Source: an uncultured Acidobacteriota bacterium
Lineage (GTDB): Bacteria > Acidobacteriota > Thermoanaerobaculia > UBA5066 > Gp7-AA6
Direction: 5' to 3'
Length of the DNA stretch: 64,000 bases
Assembly: GCA_963723535.1 (NCBI GenBank)
Contig: CAVRRE010000015.1
Span: 105,445 to 169,444, forward strand
The notes beneath the pieces are model-generated. The model was not told the origin of the DNA and did not search any database. It was given only the letters and a program-made list of their open reading frames with translations. The number at the start of each line of letters is the position of its first letter. Positions within the stretch are counted from its first letter, which is position 1. The translations under genes and the position numbers were made by a program. Positions 11,593-21,166 of the stretch are shown here, piece after piece.

Positions 11593-11646
11593 CCCGCCCG
11601 GCCGGCGGCTGCGGTAGAGTTCGCGCCCAGACAAACGGAGCGAACA

Positions 11647-13860
11647 ATGCGAAAGATCGTCCTGTGCGCACTGGCCGGGCTCCTGCCCGGCTTCGTCCTG
11701 GGCCAGACCTCGCCGTTTCTGGACCCGAAGGTCGAGCGCGCGCTTCTCAACGAGATCTCGGGCGACCTCGCCTTCGAGACCCTCCGCATCACGACCCAGT
11801 GGCACAAGCCCTCGGGCTCCGAGGGCTTCTTCGCCGTCGCCCGCGAGGTCGAAGCGCGGGCGAAGGCCGCCGGGCTCGCGGACGTCCGCTGGATCGACCA
11901 GGCCGCCGAACACATCAACTGGACCTGCCGCCGGGGCGAGGCCTGGCTGCTCGAGGGCCCGGGCGCCGGCGCCGCCGAGACCAAGATCGCCTCGTACGCC
12001 GACGTCGCCGTGTCGGTCGCGGACAACTCGCGGCCGGCGAGCGTCACGGCCGAGCTGGTCGACGTGGGCTCCGGGGAGACCGCCGCCGCCTATGCCGGCA
12101 AGGACGTGCGCGGAAAGATCGTCCTCGCCTACGGCAGTCCGGCGCTGGTCATGGAGCAGGCGGTCTGGAAGCGGGGCGCGCTCGGCATCCTTTCCTGGAC
12201 CTCCTCCCGACTCAATCACCTCGCGGACTCCGCCGACCAGGTGGGCTGGACGTCCGTTCCCGAGGAGGACGGGCCGAAAGGCGAGAAGACGACGTTCGCG
12301 ATCGTCGTCTCCGCGCGCGAGGGCAAGGCTCTGGTCGAACGCATGAGCGGCGAGGGTTCTCGGCGCTGGGGAGCCGCGGCCGGCGGAGACAAGGCGGCCG
12401 GACCTCTGCGCCTGCGCGTGGAAATCGATTCGGTCGTCCTTCCGGAGAAGAAGACGGCCATGGTCGAAGCCCGGATCCACGGAACCGACCCGTCGCTGCC
12501 CGAAGTCGTTCTGACCTCCCACCTCCAGGAGGAGAAGTTCTCGGCCAACGACGATCAGTCCGGCGTCGCCAGCATGCTGGAGATCGGACGGGCGCTTACG
12601 CGCCTCATCGCCGAGGGAAGACTCCCCCGCCCCCGCCGCAGCATCCGCTTCTGGTGGGCCGACGAGATCTATTCCGAGTACCGCTACTTCGCCGACCATC
12701 CCGGCGAGGAGAAGAAGTTTCTCGCGAACCTGAACCAGGACATGGTCGGCGCGAAGCAGTCCGCGGGACATCGCACCCAGTTCATGGCGCGGACTCCGTG
12801 GGCGGTGCCGTCGTATCTTTCCGACGTGCAGCAGAGCATCCTCGATGCCGTCGTCCGGGGCAACAACGCCTACCTCGCCGCCTGGCAGGCGCAGTCACCG
12901 GCGCCCGGCCAGGCTTTCACGAAACCGATCTTCGCCCGCCTCGGGACGCGCGAGCCTTACCGCGCGCAGGCGGTTCCCTATTTCGACTCGACGGACCACC
13001 TCGTCTTCAACGATCCCTGGGTGCGGGTGCCCGGAACGTCGCTCACCAACTGGCCGGACGAGTACATTCACTCTTCGGTCGACGATCTCTGGCAGATCGA
13101 CCCGACCCAGCTCAAACGCAACGCTTTCGTGGTCGCGGCGACGGCCTGGTGGCTCGCCAACGCCGAGGCGAAGGACGTGCCCTTCCTGGCCGCCTTCGTC
13201 GCGGCGCGCGGAGCCGAGCGGATGGCCCGGGACCTCGCGACGGCCGACGCCTGGGTCCGCGAGGGAACCGGCACCGAGGAGGAGCGTCGGCGAGCGGCCG
13301 CGGATCTTCTGGCCGTGTCGCAGAGCGTGGAAGAGTCGGCGGTCGCGTCGGCCCGAGCGGTCGGGCCGGCTCCCGAGACCGCCGTCGCGGACGGAGTCGC
13401 CGGGGTCCGTTCGGCTGGAGCCGCGCTTGCGGCGCGACTGTCTCCCCGCCCTACCGGCGAAGACCCGGCGCTCGCCCGGCTCGCCACGAGGACGCCGCGC
13501 TTCGCGGTCGACTCCCTCGACGCCTGGATGGCCCTCGAGGCGCGCGTGAAGGACAAGCGCGAAGCCGATGGCCGGGCCGCGCGCGAGAAGAAGGAGAAGG
13601 AAGAGGCGGCGAAGCCGTCCGCGAAGGCCGGTGCCCGGGCCCCGGCTGCGCCCCCCGACGACACCGCGCCGAAGCTCTCGCCCCTCATGAGCTCGGCGGC
13701 CATGACGTGGATCGACGGCAAGACCAACGCGGCCGAGATCGCGCGCCGCGTCTGCGCGGAAGCGCTGTCGGCCGGCTGGTGGTACTACGGGCCGACGACT
13801 CCGGCCCTCGTGGAGAAGTTCCTCGAAACGCAGGCGAAGGACGGCCTCATCGCCTGGTGA
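11647..13860 (+). CDS. M28-family metallopeptidase (PA-domain-containing aminopeptidase-like), intact, secreted
   Basis: 737 aa in a single frame with an N-terminal signal peptide MRKIVLCALAGLLPGFVLG. PA-domain-like region (GKDVRGKIVLAYG). M28 motifs include LTSHLQEEKFSANDDQSGVASMLEI and NLNQDMVG. Confidence 0.75.
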   Translation: MRKIVLCALAGLLPGFVLGQTSPFLDPKVERALLNEISGDLAFETLRITTQWHKPSGSEGFFAVAREVEARAKAAGLADVRWIDQAAEHINWTCRRGEAWLLEGPGAGAAETKIASYADVAVSVADNSRPASVTAELVDVGSGETAAAYAGKDVRGKIVLAYGSPALVMEQAVWKRGALGILSWTSSRLNHLADSADQVGWTSVPEEDGPKGEKTTFAIVVSAREGKALVERMSGEGSRRWGAAAGGDKAAGPLRLRVEIDSVVLPEKKTAMVEARIHGTDPSLPEVVLTSHLQEEKFSANDDQSGVASMLEIGRALTRLIAEGRLPRPRRSIRFWWADEIYSEYRYFADHPGEEKKFLANLNQDMVGAKQSAGHRTQFMARTPWAVPSYLSDVQQSILDAVVRGNNAYLAAWQAQSPAPGQAFTKPIFARLGTREPYRAQAVPYFDSTDHLVFNDPWVRVPGTSLTNWPDEYIHSSVDDLWQIDPTQLKRNAFVVAATAWWLANAEAKDVPFLAAFVAARGAERMARDLATADAWVREGTGTEEERRRAAADLLAVSQSVEESAVASARAVGPAPETAVADGVAGVRSAGAALAARLSPRPTGEDPALARLATRTPRFAVDSLDAWMALEARVKDKREADGRAAREKKEKEEAAKPSAKAGARAPAAPPDDTAPKLSPLMSSAAMTWIDGKTNAAEIARRVCAEALSAGWWYYGPTTPALVEKFLETQAKDGLIAW

Positions 13861-13910
13861 GACGCTCACGCCCCTCGACGCGAGCGCTCTCCCGTGAAAG
13901 CATCGGCCGC

Positions 13911-14861
13911 ATGGCGGTGAAGAAAGCGGTCAAGCGCCGCAAGAAGGCCGAGGCGAAGTCCCGAGGCATCGAAGCGAGCGAGGCCGCGGAGGGAACGCCG
14001 TCCCCGGCCGCCACGGCCCTCGCCGAAGCCGTCCGCGAGGATGGCGGAACGGTGCTCGCGGTCTACCGCGATCCCCTCGGCGGACACTGGCAGCTCCTGG
14101 CCGCGCTGCCCATCGAACGGGTCGAGCCGACGCCCTTCCAGCGGGACCTCTCCGAGACCCACGTCAAACGGCTGACCGGCGTCATCGACGCCCTCGGCCG
14201 CTTCCTCGACCCGATCATCGCCGTCCGCGGCCCCGACGGGAAGTACCTCACCCCCAACGGCCACCACCGCCTGGCCTCGCTTCGCAACCTCGGCGCGCGC
14301 TCCGTGACGGCGCTCGTGCTTCCCGAGCCCGAAATCGCCTACAAGATCCTGGCCCTCAACACCGAGAAGGCGCACAACCTCCGCGAGAAGTCGCTCGAGG
14401 TCATCCGCATGGCGCGGGACCTCGCCGAGCGCGACCGCCTTGCCGAGACCGACTACGCGCTCGAGTTCGAAGAGCCCGCGTTCCTGACGCTCGGCGTCTG
14501 CTACGAGAAGAACGGCCGGTTCGCCGGCGGCGCGTACCACCCGATCCTCAAGCGGATCGACGCGTTTCTCGATCAGCCTCTCGCGAAGTCTCTCGAGGTC
14601 CGCGCCGCCCGCTCGGAGAAGCTCGGCGAGCTCGAGGAGGCCGTGTCCGCCGCCATGAAGGCCCTCAAGGACAAGGGCTTCGACAGTCCCTACCTGAGAA
14701 CCTTCGTCATCGCCCGCATCAATCCCCTCCGGTTCCAGCGGGGGGCAAAGGCCGACTTCGACGAGACGATCGAAAAGATGCTGGCGTCCGCCCGGAAGTT
14801 CAAGGCCGACTCCGTCAAGCCCGAGCAGCTCGCCCGGGCGGGCGGTTCCGCCGAGGAGTAG
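13911..14861 (+). CDS. ParB/sulfiredoxin-fold (ParB N-terminal-like) domain protein with a Lys/Arg-rich N-terminal tail
   Basis: MAVKKAVKRRKKAEAKSRG..., then IERVEPTPFQRDLSETHVKRLTGVIDALGRFLDPIIAV...LTPNGHHRLASLRNLG (ParB/Srx-like arginine/histidine patch), then a helical C-terminal domain. No adjacent parA. Confidence 0.6.
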   Translation: MAVKKAVKRRKKAEAKSRGIEASEAAEGTPSPAATALAEAVREDGGTVLAVYRDPLGGHWQLLAALPIERVEPTPFQRDLSETHVKRLTGVIDALGRFLDPIIAVRGPDGKYLTPNGHHRLASLRNLGARSVTALVLPEPEIAYKILALNTEKAHNLREKSLEVIRMARDLAERDRLAETDYALEFEEPAFLTLGVCYEKNGRFAGGAYHPILKRIDAFLDQPLAKSLEVRAARSEKLGELEEAVSAAMKALKDKGFDSPYLRTFVIARINPLRFQRGAKADFDETIEKMLASARKFKADSVKPEQLARAGGSAEE

Positions 14862-14865
14862 CCGA

Positions 14866-15670
14866 GTGAGCCCTTCCCGCCTTCCCCTCCGCTTCGCCGC
14901 ACTGGGGCTCCTCGCCGCCCTGCCCGGGCTCGCCCAGCCGGCCGCCCCGGACCTGCGGACCGCGAAGCTCGTGGATCTCACCCATGCCTTCGACCGCGAC
15001 ACGATCTACTGGCCGACGTCGCCGTCCGCGTTCGAGCTCAAGACGCTGGCCGACGGCCAGACGCCCGGAGGCTGGTTCTACCGGTCGAATGCGCTCTGCA
15101 CTCCCGAGCATGGCGGCACGCACCTCGATGCGCCGAGCCACTTCGCGAAGGGCGGGCTCTCCGCCGACCAGATCCCCCTGCGCCGGCTCATCGCGCCGGC
15201 CGCGGTCCTCGACGTGCGTGCCGCGGCGGCGAAGGACCCCGACTATCGCCTGACGCTCGACGACGTGAAAGCGTGGGAGAAGGCGCACGGCGCCATCCCC
15301 GCCGGAACGATCGTGCTCCTGCGGACGGGCTGGAGCCTCCGCTGGCCGAACCGCAAGGCGTACCTCGGCGACGACACGCCGGGGGACGCCTCGAAGCTCC
15401 ACTTCCCCTCGTACGGAGAGGACGCGGCGAAGCACCTGGTCTCGGTCCGGAAAGTCGGCGCGCTCGGGGTGGACACGGCGTCCATCGACTATGGCGCGTC
15501 GAAAGACTTCGTGGTGCACGTCGATCGCCAACGGAGCCGATGTGTTCGGCCTCGAGAACCTCGCCCGCCTCGACGAGCTGCCGGAGTGGGGCGCCTGGGT
15601 CGTCGCGCTGCCGATGAAGATCGCCGGCGGATCGGGCGGGCCTCTCCGGATCGTCGCGCTCGTCCCGTGA
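14866..15670 (+). CDS. putative cyclase-family (kynurenine formamidase-like) hydrolase, secreted; frameshift near 15520
   Basis: Signal peptide MSPSRLPLRFAALGLLAALPGLA. Cyclase-family motifs LVDLTHAFD...HGGTHLDAPSHF...GVDTASID. The C-terminus GADVFGLENLARLDELPEWGAWVVALPMKIAGGSGGPLRIVALVP* lies in a shifted frame. Its stop overlaps the kdd GTG start. Confidence 0.7.
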
Positions 15671-16714
15671 CGGCGCCGCATCCCTTCGGACTCCACCGCT
15701 CGCTCGATCCGCCCGGCGTCCTGCCGCAGGTGGCCCGCCGGCTCGATGCGACCCCGCGCGCGCTCGAGAACGAGATCGCCGTCTCGGTGCGCGCCCTCTC
15801 GATCGACTCGGCGTCCTTCCGCCAGCTTCGCGAGACCGAAGCGGCGACGAAGGAAAGCATCCGCGACCAGGTCGCCCGGATCGTGCGCGAGCGCGGCAAG
15901 ATGCAGAATCCGGTCACGGGCTCGGGCGGAATGCTTCTCGGCGAAGTCGCCGCGGTCGGGACCGCCCATCCTGCCGCCGGGACGCTCGCGCCCGGAACAC
16001 CCATCGCGACGCTCGTCTCGCTGACGCTCACGCCGCTGCATCTCGACTCGATCGGCGCCGTCCATGCGGCGACCGAGCGCGTCGAGGTTTCGGGCACCGC
16101 GATCCTTTTCGCCCGGACGCTCTTCGCCCGGCTGCCCGAAGACTTTCCCGAAGAAGTCGCCCTCGCCGCCTTCGACGTCGCCGGCGCGCCGGCCGGGGTT
16201 CTGCGCGATGCCCGGGCCGGCGACACCGTCCTCGTGATCGGCACCGGCAAGGCCGGCCTGCTGTGCCTGGCGGCCGCGCGGGAGAGAAGTCGGCGCGGCG
16301 GGCCGCGTTCTCGCCGTCGAGCCCGGCCCCGCGGCCGCCGAGCGGGCCCGGGCGCTCGGCTTCGCGGACGCGGTCTTCCAGCTCGACGCGCGGGATCCCG
16401 TGGCGATGCTCGACGCGATCGGGGCGGCCACGAACGGCCGCCTCGCCGACCTCGTCGTCAACGTCGCCAACGCGTCCGGTACCGAGTCCGCGACCGTCCT
16501 CTGCGCCCGCGACGAAGGCGCCGTGATCTTCTTCGGGATGGCGACCTCTTTTTCCGCCGCGGCGCTCGGCGCGGAGGGCCTCGCGAAACCGACGCGGCTC
16601 TCGATCGGCAACGGGTTCGTGCCCGGCCACGACCGGACCGCCCTCGACCTGCTCCGGCGCCACCCGGCGCTCGCCCGGGCTTTCGCGTCGCTCTCGGGCG
16701 GCCCTCCCGCGTGA
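15667..16714 (+). CDS. kdd: L-erythro-3,5-diaminohexanoate dehydrogenase; two frameshifts (~16270, ~16380)
   Basis: VTAPHPFGLHRSLDPPGVLPQVARRLDATPRALENEIAVSVRALSIDSASFRQLRE...MQNPVTGSGGMLLGEV...GDTVLVIGTGKAGLLCLAAAR, with C-terminus MLDAIGAATNGRLADLVVNVANASGTESATVLCARDEGAVIFFGMATSF...GFVPGHDRTALDLLRRHP. Matches the Kdd family of the lysine fermentation pathway, and kamDE/kal/kce follow directly. Confidence 0.75.
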
Positions 16715-17340
16715 CGCACGCGGCGGCCGAGCTCGCCGAGACTCTCCGCGCTTCGGGCGCCCGCCGCGTCGCGTTCCTCGGCCTCGCGAAGAACGCCGGC
16801 AAGACGACGGCGCTGACGGCCGTGCTCGCCGAGCTCCACCGCTCGGGTGTCGTCGCCGGGACGACCTCGGCCGGCCGCGACGGCGAGGAATTCGACGCCA
16901 TCACGGGCGAGCCGAAGCCGAGATTTCGCCTCTACCCCGGCCAGCTCGTCGCCTCCGCGGAGACGACCTTCGCGGCGGCGACGTTTCCGGTCTCGGAGCT
17001 CGCGACGCTCCCCTTCTCGACCCGGTTCGGTCCCGTCCAGCTCCGACGGGCCGAGGGCGAGGGCGAGATCGAAGTCATCGGGCCGTCGACGGCCTCGCAG
17101 CTGGCGCGCACCGCCGCGGCGCTCGAAGCGGCCGGCGCGGAGCTCGTGCTGCTCGACGGTGCGGTCGGGCGGCGCGCCTTCGCGGCCGGACGGGTGTCCG
17201 ACGGGATCGTCCTCTCCGTCGGAATGTCGGCCGGCGAGACCCTCCCCGCCGTCCTCGCCGCGGCGGCCTCGGCCGTCGAGCTCATCCAGCTGCGGCGGCC
17301 CGAGGACGACGCGCCCCGGAGGGATTCGAGGGTGCCGTGA
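16711..17340 (+). CDS. P-loop NTPase-like protein of unknown function embedded in the lysine operon
   Basis: GTG start overlapping the kdd stop. Walker-A-like FLGLAKNAGKTTALTAVLAELHRSG. 209 aa, translationally coupled on both sides. Confidence 0.5.
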   Translation: MTHAAAELAETLRASGARRVAFLGLAKNAGKTTALTAVLAELHRSGVVAGTTSAGRDGEEFDAITGEPKPRFRLYPGQLVASAETTFAAATFPVSELATLPFSTRFGPVQLRRAEGEGEIEVIGPSTASQLARTAAALEAAGAELVLLDGAVGRRAFAAGRVSDGIVLSVGMSAGETLPAVLAAAASAVELIQLRRPEDDAPRRDSRVP

Positions 17341-17615
17341 CGGGCGCCGCCCTGCGCGCGGACTTCCCGTCGCCGGGCGAGGCGCTCGTCGCCGAAGACT
17401 TCACGGCGATCTTCCTCTCGCCAGCCGACCGCCGCGAGCTCGCCGAGCGCGGCGTGCGCCTCGCCGTCCGCAAGCCCGCGCGCCTTCTCGCCGTGACCGC
17501 GAATCCCACCGCGCCGGCTCGCCCGCCGCTTCCGGCCGCGCGCTTCCTGGAAGCCGTCGCGCGAGAGATGCCGGGCGTGACGATCTTCGACCTGGTGGCT
17601 GACCTGCGGTCATAG
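17337..17615 (+). CDS. small hypothetical protein (92 aa) in the lysine operon; may be the C-terminal part of the preceding P-loop protein if an indel is present
   Basis: GTGA overlap with the upstream stop. MTGAALRADFPSPGEALVAEDFTAIFLSPADRRELAERGVRLAVRKPARLL... Confidence 0.35.
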   Translation: MTGAALRADFPSPGEALVAEDFTAIFLSPADRRELAERGVRLAVRKPARLLAVTANPTAPARPPLPAARFLEAVAREMPGVTIFDLVADLRS

Positions 17616-17644
17616 CAGGCCCGCGGCTATACTTTTCGCCGCCG

Positions 17645-19204
17645 ATGGCCTCCAAACTGGGCCTCTCTCCGGAGACGATCGCGGGCTGCCGCCGGCTCGC
17701 CCGCCAGGTCGCCGACGGCGTCCGCGCCGAGACGGAGAAATTCACGACGGTCTCGACGGAACGCACCGTTCTCCGCCTCCTCGGGGTGGACGGCGTCGAC
17801 GCCGACGAGGTCCCGCTCCCCAACCGGATCGTCGAGTCCCTTCAGGCGTGCGGGAAGCTCGGCCGGGGCTCCGCCGTCTGGATGGGCAGCGCCCTGGCCA
17901 CGGGCGCTCCGACCGTGGCGGAAGCGGCTCTCCGGCTCTCGGATCCCGGGCGGGCCGCCGCGCAGGCCGAACATCCCCGGTGGCGCGAAACCGTCGCGCC
18001 CCACGTCGAGGCCACGGTCGCGCGGATCCGGGGAATCGCGCGGAGCGCGAGCGGCGCATGGCCGGGCACCCCCCGGAGGAGAAGCCGCTGCTCTACGCGA
18101 TCGTCGCGACCGGCAACATCCACGAGGACATCGTCCAGGCGGACGCCGCCGCGCGGGCCGGCGCGCAGTGCATCGCGGTCATCCGCTCGACCGCCCAGTC
18201 CCTTCTCGACCACGTCCCCTACGGCGCCACGACTTCGGGGTTCGGAGGCACCTACGCCACCCAGGAGAACTTCCGGCTCATGCGGGCCGCTCTCGACGCG
18301 ATCGAGCCGGAGATCGGCCGCTACGTGCGCCTCGTGAACTACTGCTCCGGGCTCTGCATGCCCGAGATCGCGGCGATGGGGGCCCTCGAGCGGCTGGACA
18401 TGATGCTCAACGACGCGCTCTACGGCATCATCTTCCGCGACATCAACCCGTTGCGCACCCTCATCGACCAGAACTTTTCCCGCCGGATCAACGCCGTCGC
18501 CGGAGTCGTCATCAATACGGGAGAGGACAACTACCTGACGACCGCCGATGCGGTCGAGCAGGCCCCGGCCGTCCTCGCCTCGCAGTTCATCAACGAGCGG
18601 CTCGCGAAGGACGCCGGCCTCGAGGACTGGCAGATCGGGCTCGGGCACGCCTTCGAGATCGACCCGACCCTCGAGGACGGCCTGCTCTACGAGATCGCCC
18701 AGGCCGAAGCGGCGCGCGAGATCTTTCCCGACGCTCCGCTGAAGTACATGCCGCCGACGAAGCACATGACCGGCAACGTCTTCCGCGGCTACCAGCAGAA
18801 CACGCTCTTCGCGCTGACCTCGGTCGCGACCCGGCAGTCGATCCACCTCCTCGGCATGCTGACCGAGGCCCTCCACACGCCGTTTCTCCACGACCGGTGG
18901 CTCGCCATCGACCAGATGAAGACCCTCCGGTCGAACGCCCGGCACCTCGCGGACGAGATCCGATTCGCCCCCGATGGCCGGATCGTCCGCCGGGCGCGCG
19001 AGGTGCTCGCCGGCGCCGAGACGATCCTCGCCCGCGTCGCGAGCCACGGCCTCTTCGCGGCGCTCTCCGAAGGTGTCTTCGCGGACACGCGCGCGCCGCA
19101 AGGACGGCGGCCGCGGTTACGACGGCGTCCTGCCCAAGGACGCGGCGTACGCCAACCCGTTTCTGGAAGCCTGGACGCACGAGCTCGCGGGAGCGCGGGC
19201 GTGA
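17645..19204 (+). CDS. kamD: lysine 5,6-aminomutase alpha subunit (adenosylcobalamin/PLP-dependent); frameshifts near 18050 and 19090
   Basis: Strong similarity to Clostridium/Fusobacterium KamD: [22 protein letters not shown]...PLPN; [19 protein letters not shown]...[37 protein letters not shown]...[38 protein letters not shown]...[14 protein letters not shown]...[13 protein letters not shown]...[12 protein letters not shown]. The C-terminus ...[24 protein letters not shown] lies in a shifted frame. Confidence 0.85.
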
Positions 19205-19959
19205 GCACCCCGCGGCCGATCCGCCCCTACGGGGACAAGAAGAACGACGGCGCGGTCCAGGTCTCCTTCACGCTTCCCCTCGCCCGCTCGGCGGTCGCGA
19301 CGGAGGCCGCCAAGCGCTACGCCGCCAAGATGGGACTGCGGGAGCCCTACGTGACCCTCGCCGAGGCGATCGCCCCCGAATTCACGTTCTTCGTCGTCTA
19401 CGGGCGCGCCACCCACGACATCGACGTCGCCGCCATCACGGCCGAGGAAGCCCCGGAGGGCGCGCTCTCGCGCGAGCAGATCGACGAGGAGATCGCCCGG
19501 CGCTTCGGCCGGCGCCTGGTCGTGCTCGGCTGCGCCCTCGAATCCGACGCCCACACGGTCGGCCTCGACGCCATCTTCAACATGAAGGGCTTCGCGGGCG
19601 ACTACGGGCTCGAGCGCTACCACGGGTTCGACGCCCGCAACCTCGGCGCCCAGGTCCCGGTCGCGGAGCTCGCCCGCCTCGTCCGCGAAACCAGGGCGGA
19701 CGCGGTGCTGGTGTCCGCGACGGTGACCCAGAACGACATCCACGTCCGCCACATGACCGATCTCGTCGACATGCTCGAGGCCGAACGGCTCCGCGACCGG
19801 GTCGTCCTCATCGCCGGCGGAGCCCGTGTCGATCACGCCCTGGCCAAGGAGCTCGGCTACGACGCGGGCTTCGGCCCCGGCACGACGGCTTCGCGCGTCG
19901 CCGGGTTCCTCCTCGAGGAGCTCTCGCGGCGGCACGGCCTCCTCGGAAGCGAGCGATGA
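19201..19959 (+). CDS. kamE: lysine 5,6-aminomutase beta subunit (B12-binding), intact
   Basis: [21 protein letters not shown]...EFTFFVVYG...[34 protein letters not shown]...[62 protein letters not shown]. Contains the DxHxxG B12-binding motif and aligns along its length to KamE. GTGA overlap with kamD. Confidence 0.88.
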   Translation: MSTPRPIRPYGDKKNDGAVQVSFTLPLARSAVATEAAKRYAAKMGLREPYVTLAEAIAPEFTFFVVYGRATHDIDVAAITAEEAPEGALSREQIDEEIARRFGRRLVVLGCALESDAHTVGLDAIFNMKGFAGDYGLERYHGFDARNLGAQVPVAELARLVRETRADAVLVSATVTQNDIHVRHMTDLVDMLEAERLRDRVVLIAGGARVDHALAKELGYDAGFGPGTTASRVAGFLLEELSRRHGLLGSER

Positions 19960-20339
19960 CCGAGCGGGTGCAGCTTCGCCTCCGCGTCGGAGCCGAGCAG
20001 GCGCACTACGGCGGCGGTCTCGTGGACGGCGCGTTCGTTCTGAAGCTCTTCGGCGACGCCGCCACCGAGCTCCTCATCCGCCACGACGGCGACGAGGGGC
20101 TCTTCCGCGCCTACTCCGCGGTCGACTTTCTCGCGCCCGTCCACGGAGGCGACTATCTCGAGGTCGAGGCCGAGCTCACGCGCGTCGGCAACACCTCGCG
20201 CGAAATCCGATTCGAGGCGCGCAAGGTCATCGCGCCGGGCGACGGATCCGCCGCGAGGCTTCTCGATCCGCCCCTGGTCGTCGCCCGCGCCACGGGCACC
20301 TGCGTCGTCCCGCTCGAGAAGCAGAAAGGCCGAAAGTGA
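19956..20339 (+). CDS. kal: 3-aminobutyryl-CoA ammonia-lyase (hotdog fold), intact
   Basis: [92 protein letters not shown]...[11 protein letters not shown] matches Kal of the lysine fermentation pathway. ATGA overlap with kamE. Confidence 0.8.
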   Translation: MTERVQLRLRVGAEQAHYGGGLVDGAFVLKLFGDAATELLIRHDGDEGLFRAYSAVDFLAPVHGGDYLEVEAELTRVGNTSREIRFEARKVIAPGDGSAARLLDPPLVVARATGTCVVPLEKQKGRK

Positions 20340-21166
20340 GCGATGCGCTGCTCATCACCGTCGCGGGCGTGGGCGCCGAGGTGATGCGGTCGCAGCAGCC
20401 GGCGCTGCCTCTCCTGCCCGAGGAGGTCGGCGCGGAGTATGCGCGGGCTTACGACGCGGGCGCGACGATCGGGCACGTCCATGGCCGGAAACCCGACGGG
20501 ACGCCCACCCAGGACCTCGAGACGTTCCGGGCGTATTCCGAGGCGATCCGCGAGCGCTGCCCGATCATCCAGCAGTTCTCGACGGGAGGCGCCGTCGGCA
20601 TGGGGGTCGAGGAGCGGATCGCCGCCCTGGAGCTTCGCCCGGACATGGCGACGCTCACGCTCGGCACCTGCAACTTCGGCGACGACATCTTCGAGAATTC
20701 CCTCCCCACCATCCGGACGATCCTGGCGCGCATCCGCCAGCACGGGATCGTTCCCGAGCTCGAGATCTTCGACGTCGGAATGCTCGCGACCGCGGACGTC
20801 CTCTTCGCGAAGGGCCTCCTGACTCCCCCGGCCCACTTCGATTTCGTGCTCGGCGTGCCCGGCGCGGCCGCGGCCACCGCCGAGAACCTGACGCACTTCG
20901 CCCGCTCGATTCCGGCGGGCTGCACCTGGACGGTCGCCGGAATCGGACGCCGTCAGACGGCGATGGCCGCCATGGCCATCGCGATGGGAGGCCACGTGCG
21001 CGTCGGGTTCGAGGACAACATCTACTACCGCAAGGGCGAGCTCGCCGACTCGAACGCCCGTTTCGTCGAGCGCGTCGTCCGCATCGCCCGCGAGCTCGGG
21101 CGGGAGCCCGCCTCGATCCAGGAAGCGCGCCAGATCCTGCGCATGCCGTCGGCGTCCGCCGCTTGA
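20336..21166 (+). CDS. kce: 3-keto-5-aminohexanoate cleavage enzyme (BKACE / DUF849 family), intact
   Basis: GTGA overlap with kal. ...[10 protein letters not shown]...[56 protein letters not shown]...[18 protein letters not shown]...[37 protein letters not shown] is typical of the BKACE family. Confidence 0.8.
   Translation: MSDALLITVAGVGAEVMRSQQPALPLLPEEVGAEYARAYDAGATIGHVHGRKPDGTPTQDLETFRAYSEAIRERCPIIQQFSTGGAVGMGVEERIAALELRPDMATLTLGTCNFGDDIFENSLPTIRTILARIRQHGIVPELEIFDVGMLATADVLFAKGLLTPPAHFDFVLGVPGAAAATAENLTHFARSIPAGCTWTVAGIGRRQTAMAAMAIAMGGHVRVGFEDNIYYRKGELADSNARFVERVVRIARELGREPASIQEARQILRMPSASAA

Noticed and set aside
10744-12771. 675-aa minus-strand ORF
   Set aside because: It is the antisense of the MBL hydrolase and M28 peptidase genes, low-complexity R/G/D/L-rich with no motif.
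10500-14861. 1453-aa ORF on the plus strand, very Arg/Gly/Pro-rich for its first ~1100 residues
   Set aside because: Only the last ~316 codons (13911..14861) are a real gene, the ParB-fold protein. The rest is an out-of-frame read-through across the MBL hydrolase and M28 peptidase genes, made possible by the rarity of stop codons at ~70% GC.
14866-17340. Single 824-aa ORF in the track
   Set aside because: It is three genes (cyclase, kdd, P-loop ORF) in the same frame, joined because the kdd and P-loop starts are GTGs overlapping the upstream stops in other frames and because frameshifts remove the in-frame stops.
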